The notes under the pieces are model-generated. The model was not told the DNA's origin. It worked only from the letters and a program-made list of their open reading frames with translations, and searched no databases. The position numbers were made by a program, and so were the translations under genes. From Dickeya dadantii NCPPB 898 (lineage in GTDB: Bacteria; Pseudomonadota; Gammaproteobacteria; Enterobacterales; Enterobacteriaceae), in contig NZ_CM001976.1 of the NCBI RefSeq assembly GCF_000406145.1, positions 1,950,061-1,982,060 of the forward strand: DNA of 32,000 nucleotides, read 5' to 3'. Positions 7,465-14,883 of this stretch are shown piece by piece (position 1 is the first letter of the stretch; every line of letters starts with the position of its first letter).

Positions 7465-8631
7465 ATGAATAAAAAAATCATGGCGCTCGGCGCACTGCTG
7501 TTCCTGTCGCAGGCTTCGGCCGCGCCGGTCAGTATTGAGGTGCTTGACGCCACCATTAAAGATAAAAAAATCGCCGAGGCCGATGTGATGCTGCAACGCG
7601 ATGGCGCACAGACGGCGGTAGGGCGTACCAATGCGCTGGGGCAGGTGCAGTTGTCGCCGCCGTTCGCCGCCGATGAGAATGCCTTGCTGATTATCAAAAA
7701 GCCGGGATTTTCCAACCTGGTGGTCAAGTGCCCGTGCGACGGGCTGACCTACGCCATCAGCCCGGTGATGAAGAATCTGGACGGGATGCGTATCGTGCTG
7801 ACCTGGGGCGCGACGCCGGCCGACCTTGACTCGCATCTGGTCTATGGCAACAGCCATATCTATTTCGACAATCAAAAGGGACCGGACGCTAACCTGGATG
7901 TGGATGACGTCGACAGTTACGGCCCGGAAACCATCACCATCGAGAAAAAGCGTTTCGGCGAAAGTTACCTGTACGCGGTACACGACTACACGCATATTCA
8001 TGAGCCGGATCAGGCCGCACTCTCGAACAGTCAGGCGAAAGTATTCGTCTACGTCGGGCAGTCGCTGGTCAGAACCTATAGCGTGCCGCGCAATCAGGTC
8101 GGCAATCTGTGGACGGTATTCCGCCTGAACCCGAACGGCGATTTTGAAGATATCAACACCATCAAACAGACCGGCTATCAGGACCCCAATAACGTTGCCG
8201 CCGGGGTCAGCGGGCAGCTGTCCGGCCGGGCGGCGACCGGTACGGTCAACGTCAATCAGGCGGCGGCGAAAGCGCTGAACCGTCAGGGCGAAGACGCCTA
8301 CCGCCGCGGCGATCTGGAAAGCGCGATTGCGTTTTACCAGCAGGCGATTGAGCAGGATGCGGTATTCAGCCAGGCGTACAGTAATCTGGGGCTGGCTTAC
8401 CAGAAACTGGACCGCATCGCCGAAGCCATCTGGGCAAACCGTAAGGCGATCGCGCTGGCGGACGGGCCGAACGCGGCAACGGTGCGCGCCAGTTCCTACT
8501 ATAACATCGCCCGAATCTATGAAGCGGCCGGGCAACTGGACGACGCCCTGCGTCATTATCAGTTGGCCAAGGCGCAGAAAGACAGCGCCACCTACGATCA
8601 GGCTATCAGTCGCATCAAAAGTAAGCTGTAA
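7465..8631 (+). CDS. Secreted protein: N-terminal Ig-like/carboxypeptidase-regulatory-like segment, central DUF2135 (YfaP)-like domain, C-terminal TPR repeats (388 aa)
   Basis: ATG 7465 follows AAGGA (7454-7458); GTG 7462 is an alternative start. Signal peptide MNKKIMALGALLFLSQASA/AP. The central segment RIVLTWGATPADLDSHLVY...LDVDDVDSYGPETITI...YLYAVHDY resembles the DUF2135 pattern as I remember it. The C-terminus has three TPR-like units (AIAFYQQAIEQD..., YSNLGLAYQKLDRIAEAIWANRKAI, YYNIARIYEAAGQLDDALRHYQLA). Confidence 0.8.
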   Translation: MNKKIMALGALLFLSQASAAPVSIEVLDATIKDKKIAEADVMLQRDGAQTAVGRTNALGQVQLSPPFAADENALLIIKKPGFSNLVVKCPCDGLTYAISPVMKNLDGMRIVLTWGATPADLDSHLVYGNSHIYFDNQKGPDANLDVDDVDSYGPETITIEKKRFGESYLYAVHDYTHIHEPDQAALSNSQAKVFVYVGQSLVRTYSVPRNQVGNLWTVFRLNPNGDFEDINTIKQTGYQDPNNVAAGVSGQLSGRAATGTVNVNQAAAKALNRQGEDAYRRGDLESAIAFYQQAIEQDAVFSQAYSNLGLAYQKLDRIAEAIWANRKAIALADGPNAATVRASSYYNIARIYEAAGQLDDALRHYQLAKAQKDSATYDQAISRIKSKL

Positions 8632-8648
8632 CGGCTGACCGTGTTTCC

Positions 8649-8674
8649 TTGCCGCCTCGGATCCGGGGCGGCAA
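8649..8674 (+). terminator. GC-rich 10-bp stem-loop after the TPR gene (weak or absent U-tract)
   Basis: ttgccgcctc (8649-8658) pairs with ggggcggcaa (8665-8674), including one G.U pair, around loop ggatcc. It lies 18 nt after the stop. Confidence 0.35.
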
Positions 8675-8824
8675 CGGCGATTTCGCGCTTCCCCGGTGAC
8701 AAATTCATGCTATGTTTCCAGACAGTTGTCCTGCTATGACCGGCGCCATCGGCGCGGACGGGCGTCATCGGCTCGCCCGGTCTGGGACACCGTCTAACCG
8801 TCGCCTTACCAATGAGAGCACACC

Positions 8825-9793
8825 ATGGATTACACCCGAATCATTAAAGAGGTTGGCCGCGGCAAAAATCATGCGCGCGATCTGGATCAGGACACGGCTT
8901 ATCAGTTGTATGGTCAGATACTGAATGATCAGGTGCCCGAGCTGGAGCTGGGCGGGCTGTTGATCGCATTTCGCATCAAGGGTGAATCCGAAGCCGAAAT
9001 GCGCGGTTTCTATCAGGCGATGAGCGAACAGACGTTGCGTCTGTCCGCACCGGCCGGCAGCCCGATGCCGGTGGTGATCCCCAGCTATAACGGCGCCCGC
9101 AAACAGGCCAACCTGACGCCGTTGCTGGCGCTGCTGCTGCACCGGCTGGGGCTGCCGGTGGTGGTGCACGGCGTGAGCCGCGACCCGAGCCGCGTGACCA
9201 GCGAGGCGATTTTCCGCGAACTGGGCATCGCGCCGGTGAGCGACGCGCAGGCGGCGCAGCAGCGGCTCGACCGGGGTGAACCGGTGTTTATGCCGGTATC
9301 GCTGCTCTGTCCCGCTATCGAACGTCAGTTGGATCTACGCTGGCGTATGGGGGTGCGTAACAGCGCCCATACGCTGGCCAAGCTGGCCACGCCGTTTGGT
9401 GAAGCCGCGGCGTTGCGGCTGGCGAGCGTGTCGCATCCGGAGTATGTCGGCCGGGTCGGCACGTTCTTTGAGGACATTAACGGCCGCGCGTTGCTGATGC
9501 ACGGCACCGAAGGCGAGGTTTACGCTAACCCGCAGCGCTGCCCGGAAATTCATTTCATCCGTGAGCAACGGCGGGACATCCTGCAATGGCGACAGGATAT
9601 CGCGGTAGACAGCGCGGCGCTGCCTTCGGCGAAGGATGCCGCCGCCACCGCCCGCTGGACGGAAGCCTGCCTGGCGGGCGAACAACCGATACCGCAGGCG
9701 ATTCGCCTGCAACTGGCATGCTGTCTGGTCGGCAGCGGCGAGGTGGCCTCAATGGAGCAGGCGGTTTCGACGATACGAAAACGACTGGGTTGA
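8825..9793 (+). CDS. ybiB: YbiB, TrpD2-family (anthranilate phosphoribosyltransferase-like) DNA-binding protein (322 aa)
   Basis: MDYTRIIKEVGRGKNHARDLDQDTAYQLYGQILNDQVPELELGGLLIAFRIKGESEAEMRGF matches my recollection of E. coli YbiB. The size is similar (E. coli about 320 aa), and the gene is linked to dinG as in E. coli. Confidence 0.9.
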   Translation: MDYTRIIKEVGRGKNHARDLDQDTAYQLYGQILNDQVPELELGGLLIAFRIKGESEAEMRGFYQAMSEQTLRLSAPAGSPMPVVIPSYNGARKQANLTPLLALLLHRLGLPVVVHGVSRDPSRVTSEAIFRELGIAPVSDAQAAQQRLDRGEPVFMPVSLLCPAIERQLDLRWRMGVRNSAHTLAKLATPFGEAAALRLASVSHPEYVGRVGTFFEDINGRALLMHGTEGEVYANPQRCPEIHFIREQRRDILQWRQDIAVDSAALPSAKDAAATARWTEACLAGEQPIPQAIRLQLACCLVGSGEVASMEQAVSTIRKRLG

Positions 9794-9827
9794 TCATAAC
9801 GATTAACGATAAGTAAGGAACAACCAC

Positions 9828-11693
9828 ATGCAACAGGCTAAGGCGTATTTTGACGCCCTGAACCGCGATTATCTGGCGGTGCATCAAACCAAAGAGGATC
9901 TTTTCTGGCAGCGTTATATGGGAACCGGCGACGAAACGGTTTCCGCCCGCTTCGCCGAAGCGGAAAGCGCCTGGAAGCGTTTTATTTCGCAATCATCCCG
10001 GCTGGCCGAACTGCGGCAGCACATTGCGGCCGTCGACGCGGCTCCCGCCGGCGAAGCGCGTGACGCGCTGCTGCACGGTTTACGCGGCTGGTACCGTTTT
10101 TTTGACTGCAATGTGATTGAAGATCCGCAGGCACAGGCGCTGATGGATGAACTCATCGCCGCGGAGAACGATCTGTTTTCCCGCCGCAAAACGCATCAAC
10201 CGACCCACCTCAATGAGCAGGGCGAGCGGGTTTCCGCCTCGCTGGGCGAGCTGCTGACCAATCAGGTCACCAATGATAATGAAGCGTATCGCCGTAGTTC
10301 GCAGCAGGCGCTGCGCGATCTGGAGCAGTGGCTGGTCAATCATGGATTCCCGGCGCTGGTCAGCCTGCGTAACCGCTTTGCGCGCCAGATGGGCTATCGC
10401 AACTACTTCGATTACAAGGTGAACAAGACCGAGCGCATGACGCCGGAACAGCTGTTCGCCATTCTGGATCGTTTCGAAGAACAAACGCGTGACGCCAACC
10501 TGCGCAGCCTGCGTCAACTGGCGGCGGAAAAGGGCGAGTCGGCGTTGCAGCCGTGGAATGTGCGCTACGCCAGCACCGGCGATGTCACCCGTCAGTTGGA
10601 TCCTTATTTCCCGTTTTCCGCGTCGCTGTCCCGCTGGGTCAACAGCTTCAAGCGCCTGCATATCGGTTTTAGCGGCGCGCAGATGCAGCTCGACCTGCTG
10701 GTGCGCAAAGGCAAATATGAAAACGGCTTTATGCACCAGCCGGTGCCGCCGTTTGTGGATCAAGGCCAGTGGCTGCCCGCGCGTATCAACTTCACCAGTC
10801 TGGCGCAGCCGGATCAGGTAGGCAGCGGCGCCAACGGCATCAACACGCTGTTCCATGAGGGCGGCCATGCGGCGCATTTCGCCAATATCCGCCAGAATGC
10901 GCCTTGTTTCGCCCAGGAGTTCCCGCCGACCTCGATGGCCTACGCCGAAACCCAATCGATGTTCTGCGACAGCCTGCTGCAGGACGCCGACTGGCTGAAA
11001 CGTTATGCGCATAACGCGCAGGGCGAGCCGATCCCCGATGCGTTGATTCAGGCTGATATCCGCGCTCGTCAGCCAATGCGCGCCTTCAACGAACGCCATA
11101 TTCTGCTGGTGCCGTATTTCGAATGGCAACTGTACTGCATGGATGACGAGGAACGCACCCCAGAGGCGATTTTGCAACTGGCGCGCGACATCGAACGGCG
11201 CATTCTCGGCATCAACGGCAGCCCGCGTCCGACCATGGCGATTCCGCATCTGCTGTCGATGGAGTCGGCCTGTTCGTATCAGGGGTATCTGCTGGCGATG
11301 ATGGCGGTGGAGCAAACGCGGCATTTCTTCCTGCGGCGCGACGGTTACCTGACCGATAACCCGGCGATCGGCCCGGCTTTGACCCGCCATTACTGGCAGC
11401 CCGGCAACAGCCTGACCCACGATGAAACGCTGCGCGACCTGACCGGTGAAGGGTTCAATCCGGATTATCTGGCCCGCGAATGCAACCTGACGGTGGATGA
11501 AGCCTGGCGGCAGGCGCAGGCGACCATCGCCGCCGCCGTGGCGCGCCCGCAACCGGCGGCGGATTTCGACCTCAACGCCCGTATCCAGGTGGTGGACGGC
11601 GACGAGGTGCTGGCGGATAACCAGTACGGCGACGACGCCATGTGCCAGGCGTTCGCCCGCGTGATTGACGAGGCTTATCCGGCTTACGCCTGA
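9828..11693 (+). CDS. M3-family (oligoendopeptidase-like) zinc metallopeptidase, cytoplasmic (621 aa)
   Basis: HEXXH zinc motif in LFHEGGHAAHF. The length and overall layout are typical of M3 peptidases. No signal peptide. AAGGA lies upstream of the ATG. The start is 34 nt after ybiB, so co-transcription is likely. Confidence 0.8.
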   Translation: MQQAKAYFDALNRDYLAVHQTKEDLFWQRYMGTGDETVSARFAEAESAWKRFISQSSRLAELRQHIAAVDAAPAGEARDALLHGLRGWYRFFDCNVIEDPQAQALMDELIAAENDLFSRRKTHQPTHLNEQGERVSASLGELLTNQVTNDNEAYRRSSQQALRDLEQWLVNHGFPALVSLRNRFARQMGYRNYFDYKVNKTERMTPEQLFAILDRFEEQTRDANLRSLRQLAAEKGESALQPWNVRYASTGDVTRQLDPYFPFSASLSRWVNSFKRLHIGFSGAQMQLDLLVRKGKYENGFMHQPVPPFVDQGQWLPARINFTSLAQPDQVGSGANGINTLFHEGGHAAHFANIRQNAPCFAQEFPPTSMAYAETQSMFCDSLLQDADWLKRYAHNAQGEPIPDALIQADIRARQPMRAFNERHILLVPYFEWQLYCMDDEERTPEAILQLARDIERRILGINGSPRPTMAIPHLLSMESACSYQGYLLAMMAVEQTRHFFLRRDGYLTDNPAIGPALTRHYWQPGNSLTHDETLRDLTGEGFNPDYLARECNLTVDEAWRQAQATIAAAVARPQPAADFDLNARIQVVDGDEVLADNQYGDDAMCQAFARVIDEAYPAYA

Positions 11694-11700
11694 GTGTTCA

Positions 11701-11735
11701 AGACGCTGTGGTGGATCCATGGCGTCTGTTTTTCC
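11701..11735 (+). terminator. Rho-independent terminator after the M3 peptidase gene
   Basis: agacgctgtgg (11701-11711) pairs with ccatggcgtct (11717-11727): 11 bp with 2 G.U pairs and a 5-nt loop. It is followed by gTTTTTcc. Confidence 0.65.
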
Positions 11736-11949
11736 TGTCTCGTGTTTTGTTTTCCCATCACCATTTTATATCGCTAAACCGGTACGGCTCTCTCGCGCCG
11801 GGGCCGGCCCGTGCCTATACTGGTCGGGCGATATTCGTAGTGAAAGTGCCTGTTATTAAAAAAGTTTCACCGAACTGTCATCAGCGCCGATTAGGCTGAT
11901 GCGGTTTCCTATCCTCGACGATAATCCGTGACAATAAAAAGGACATATC

Positions 11950-13236
11950 ATGCGCTACTCTTACGTGTTCATGGCGGTGGCTTGCGCACTGGCGACAGTA
12001 CCGGCACAGGCCGCTTCCCGCAGCGATTCCCAATTGCCGCAAGTCAGCCTGTTGCAAACCACCACCGAGGCCAGCAACAGCGCCCCGGTCATTGAGATGC
12101 AGCAGCAGGTGCAGCAATACCTGCAAAAAGCCTTGCAGGGAGTCGCACCGAAGCTGACTCGCGCGGTGCTGGATAAAGCGCCGGATCAGGGAGAACCGCA
12201 GGGCGATATGAAATGGCTGAAAGCGACCGGTTACGTTTTCAACCCTAAAGATCAACAGCAGGCCAGCGTGAAACTGCTGGAAGGGTTCAGAACCCTGCCG
12301 GCGTCGGTGTTGCAGAAAAACCTGGCGACGGTTGAGCGCATCAATTTGGAGTCAACCCTGCCGCTGCGCCAGAAAGCGCTGATTGATGCGGAAAACACCC
12401 GCTATCTGTACGCGCTGGCGGAAGCGCTGGGGCCGAAGCTGGGCAAAGCGTTTCTCGATGTCTACCAGAAAGGCGAAATGGGTAAGGCCGCCGCGTTGAT
12501 CAAGGCTACCAATGTCAGCACGTCAGCGGCGAAAAACGCCTTTAACTACCCGCGGCCGTTCAAACAGCCGGGCAACAACATCCATCTGGTGCCGGATACC
12601 GCCGTCGTGGCGGATAACGCCCGTTATACGGCGTCGGGCGGTTCGTTCCCCAGCGGCCATACCAACGGCGGGTATAACGACGCGCTGTTGCTGGCGCAGA
12701 TGCTGCCGGAGCGTTTCGTGCCGCTGATTGACCGCGCCGCCACCTACGGCTATTCCCGCCTGGTGTTGGGGGTGCATTATCCGCTGGATGTGATCGGCGG
12801 TCGCATGGCGGCCGAGCGCAGCGTGGCGCATTTCCTGAACGACCCGAAATACCGCGTGCTGTTCAACGACGCCAAAACCCAGCTGCGTGCCGCGCTGGAA
12901 AAAGCCTGCGGCACGACGCTGGCCGAATGCGCCAAACCACAGGGTAGAAACGACCCTTACACCGACCCGGCGATGACGTCGTTCTACCGCTACACCATGA
13001 CCTACAATCTGCCGGTGGCGAAAGTGAAAGCCCAGCCGGTCAAGGTACCTGAAGGGGCGGAAGTGCTGCTGGAAGGGCCGTTGCCGCAGTTGAGCGCGGC
13101 CCAGCGCCGGGCGCTGATGGTAAAAACCGCGATAGCCGACGGCTATCCGCTCTCTTCCGGCGGGGTGGATGCCAACTTCTGGCAGCGCCTGAACCTGCAT
13201 GACGCGGTGGCAGCAGCGAAGACTGTAACCAAATAA
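11950..13236 (+). CDS. Secreted PAP2-superfamily acid phosphatase / haloperoxidase-like protein, long form, paralog 1 (428 aa)
   Basis: Signal peptide MRYSYVFMAVACALATVPAQA/AS. All three PAP2 motifs are present: KNAFNYPRP (K-x6-RP), PSGH, and SRLVLGVHYPLD (SR-x5-H-x3-D). AAAGGA RBS. Confidence 0.88.
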   Translation: MRYSYVFMAVACALATVPAQAASRSDSQLPQVSLLQTTTEASNSAPVIEMQQQVQQYLQKALQGVAPKLTRAVLDKAPDQGEPQGDMKWLKATGYVFNPKDQQQASVKLLEGFRTLPASVLQKNLATVERINLESTLPLRQKALIDAENTRYLYALAEALGPKLGKAFLDVYQKGEMGKAAALIKATNVSTSAAKNAFNYPRPFKQPGNNIHLVPDTAVVADNARYTASGGSFPSGHTNGGYNDALLLAQMLPERFVPLIDRAATYGYSRLVLGVHYPLDVIGGRMAAERSVAHFLNDPKYRVLFNDAKTQLRAALEKACGTTLAECAKPQGRNDPYTDPAMTSFYRYTMTYNLPVAKVKAQPVKVPEGAEVLLEGPLPQLSAAQRRALMVKTAIADGYPLSSGGVDANFWQRLNLHDAVAAAKTVTK

Positions 13237-13281
13237 GCGTTTTCATCATAACGGACATATTTCTCCGTACAGCCTGATCAG

Positions 13282-13316
13282 CAGCCAATGTCATCGCGAC
13301 ATTGGCTGTTCTTTTC
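13282..13316 (+). terminator. Rho-independent terminator between the two PAP2 paralogs
   Basis: Perfect 11-bp stem: cagccaatgtc (13282-13292) pairs with gacattggctg (13298-13308). The loop is atcgc, followed by ttcTTTTc. Confidence 0.8.
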
Positions 13317-13534
13317 GTGCAGTCCTCTATTTTCGCGTCTCTGCCATGCTCACGGCCGTATCGCTTCCGGACGCGGCGGGCGGGCCTTAAGGTCACATTT
13401 TGTATCGTTAACGCGGTGAGGGTTTCTCGCGCGGGAAAGGGTTCAATTCTACGCTGGTGATAGCTGAACGAGGGGGCCGATGCGCTCACCGTAACCTGTG
13501 CCGTTTCCTGTGAGCAGAAAAATAAGGGGGTAGC

Positions 13535-14812
13535 ATGCGGTATCCTGTTGTTTTCATCGTAGTGACCTGTACGTTGGCGGTGTGGCAAGCGCAAGCCGCT
13601 GTTGATGGTGATGCGATTGTGCAGCAAATGAGTTTGCTGCAAACCACGACTCAAGCCAGTAGCAGTAAGCCGGTGGTCGATATGCAGCAGCGCGTGCAGC
13701 GATATTTGCAAAAAGCGTTGCAGGGAAGCGCGCCGCTGCTAACCCGCTCGGTGATGGATAACGCGCCCTACCTGAGCGAACCCTGGGATGATGTGAAGTG
13801 GCTGAAAGCGGCCAATTACCCCTTTAATTCCAAAGATCAGCAGCAGGACAGCATCCCGTTGCTGTCAGGATTCAACGCGCTGCCGGCAGATGTTTTGCAG
13901 GAGAATATGGCGACCGTGGAACGTATCAATCAGGACGCCTCACCCGCGTTGCAGCAAAAGGCGCTGATTGATGCGGAAAACACCCGTTACCTGTACGCGC
14001 TGGCGGAAGCACTGGGGCCGAAGTTGGGCGAGGCGTTTCTGGATGCGTATCAGCACGGTGAGATAGGCAAGGCCGCGGTGTTGATCAAAGCGTCCAATGT
14101 CAGTACGTCGGCGGCGAAAAATGCGTTTCATTATCCGAGGCCATTCCAGCAATCGGGCAATCGTATTCATCTGGTGCCGGATACCGCGGTAGTGATGGAT
14201 AACCAGCCTTATAAGGCTTTCGATGGGGCATTTCCCAGCGGCCATACCAGCGGCGGGTATAACGCCGCGTTACTGATGGGACAGATGCTGCCGGAACGTT
14301 TCGTGCCGCTGATTGACCGCGCCGCCACCTACGGTTATTCGCGCCTGGTGTTGGGGGTACATTATCCGCTGGATGTGATCGGCGGTCGCATGGCGGCCGA
14401 ACGCAGTGTGGCGCATATCCTGAACGACCCGGCATACCGCGTGCTGTTCAATGAAGCCAAAACCCAGTTGCGCGCCGCGCTGGAAAAAGCCTGCGGCACG
14501 ACGCTGGCCGAGTGCGCCAAACCGCAGGGTAAAAATGACCCCTACACCGACCCGGCAATGAAGTCGTTCTACCGCTACACCATGACCTACCACCTGCCGG
14601 AGGCGATAGTAGAAGCCCTGCCGCTCAAGGTGCCGGAAGGGGCGGAGGTGCTGCTGGAAGGGCCGTTGCCGCAGTTGAGCGCGGCCCAGCGCCGTGCGCT
14701 GATGATAAAAACCGCGATAGCTGACGGGTATCCGCTCTCCTCCGGCGACATGGACGCCAATTTCTGGCAGCGCCTGAACCTGCATGATGCGGTGGCCGCG
14801 GCGGAGCAATAA
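13535..14812 (+). CDS. Secreted PAP2-superfamily acid phosphatase / haloperoxidase-like protein, long form, paralog 2 (425 aa)
   Basis: Signal peptide MRYPVVFIVVTCTLAVWQAQA/AV. Motifs KNAFHYPRP, PSGH and SRLVLGVHYPLD are intact. The protein is collinear with paralog 1. AGGGGG RBS. Confidence 0.88.
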   Translation: MRYPVVFIVVTCTLAVWQAQAAVDGDAIVQQMSLLQTTTQASSSKPVVDMQQRVQRYLQKALQGSAPLLTRSVMDNAPYLSEPWDDVKWLKAANYPFNSKDQQQDSIPLLSGFNALPADVLQENMATVERINQDASPALQQKALIDAENTRYLYALAEALGPKLGEAFLDAYQHGEIGKAAVLIKASNVSTSAAKNAFHYPRPFQQSGNRIHLVPDTAVVMDNQPYKAFDGAFPSGHTSGGYNAALLMGQMLPERFVPLIDRAATYGYSRLVLGVHYPLDVIGGRMAAERSVAHILNDPAYRVLFNEAKTQLRAALEKACGTTLAECAKPQGKNDPYTDPAMKSFYRYTMTYHLPEAIVEALPLKVPEGAEVLLEGPLPQLSAAQRRALMIKTAIADGYPLSSGDMDANFWQRLNLHDAVAAAEQ

Positions 14813-14832
14813 ATGCCGGCGTCTGCGAGATA

Positions 14833-14870
14833 AGCAAGAGGGCGTCAGGGGAAGCCCTCTTGCTATTATT
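14833..14870. terminator. Bidirectional rho-independent terminator shared by convergent PAP2 paralog 2 and the FN3 protein gene
   Basis: Perfect 11-bp stem: agcaagagggc (14833-14843) pairs with gccctcttgct (14854-14864). It is followed by attattt on the plus strand and by a T-containing tract on the minus strand. Confidence 0.75.
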
Positions 14871-14883
14871 TCGGCGGGTTCCG

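Larger units (their letters stand above)
11950..14812 (+). repeat. Tandem gene duplication (two copies of about 1.28 kb separated by 298 bp), with the 3' halves far more similar than the 5' halves
   Basis: Direct comparison of 12700-13215 with 14285-14800 shows long identical runs. One example is gtgctgctggaagggccgttgccgcagttgagcgcggcccagcgccg, present in both copies. The first ~600 nt of each gene are clearly more diverged. Confidence 0.9.

Noticed and set aside
13237-13534. Possible riboswitch or structured leader between the two PAP2 paralogs
   Set aside because: Beyond the clear terminator at 13282-13316, only short (5-bp) alternative stems are visible. There is no resemblance to a riboswitch class I know, and no similarity to the region upstream of paralog 1.
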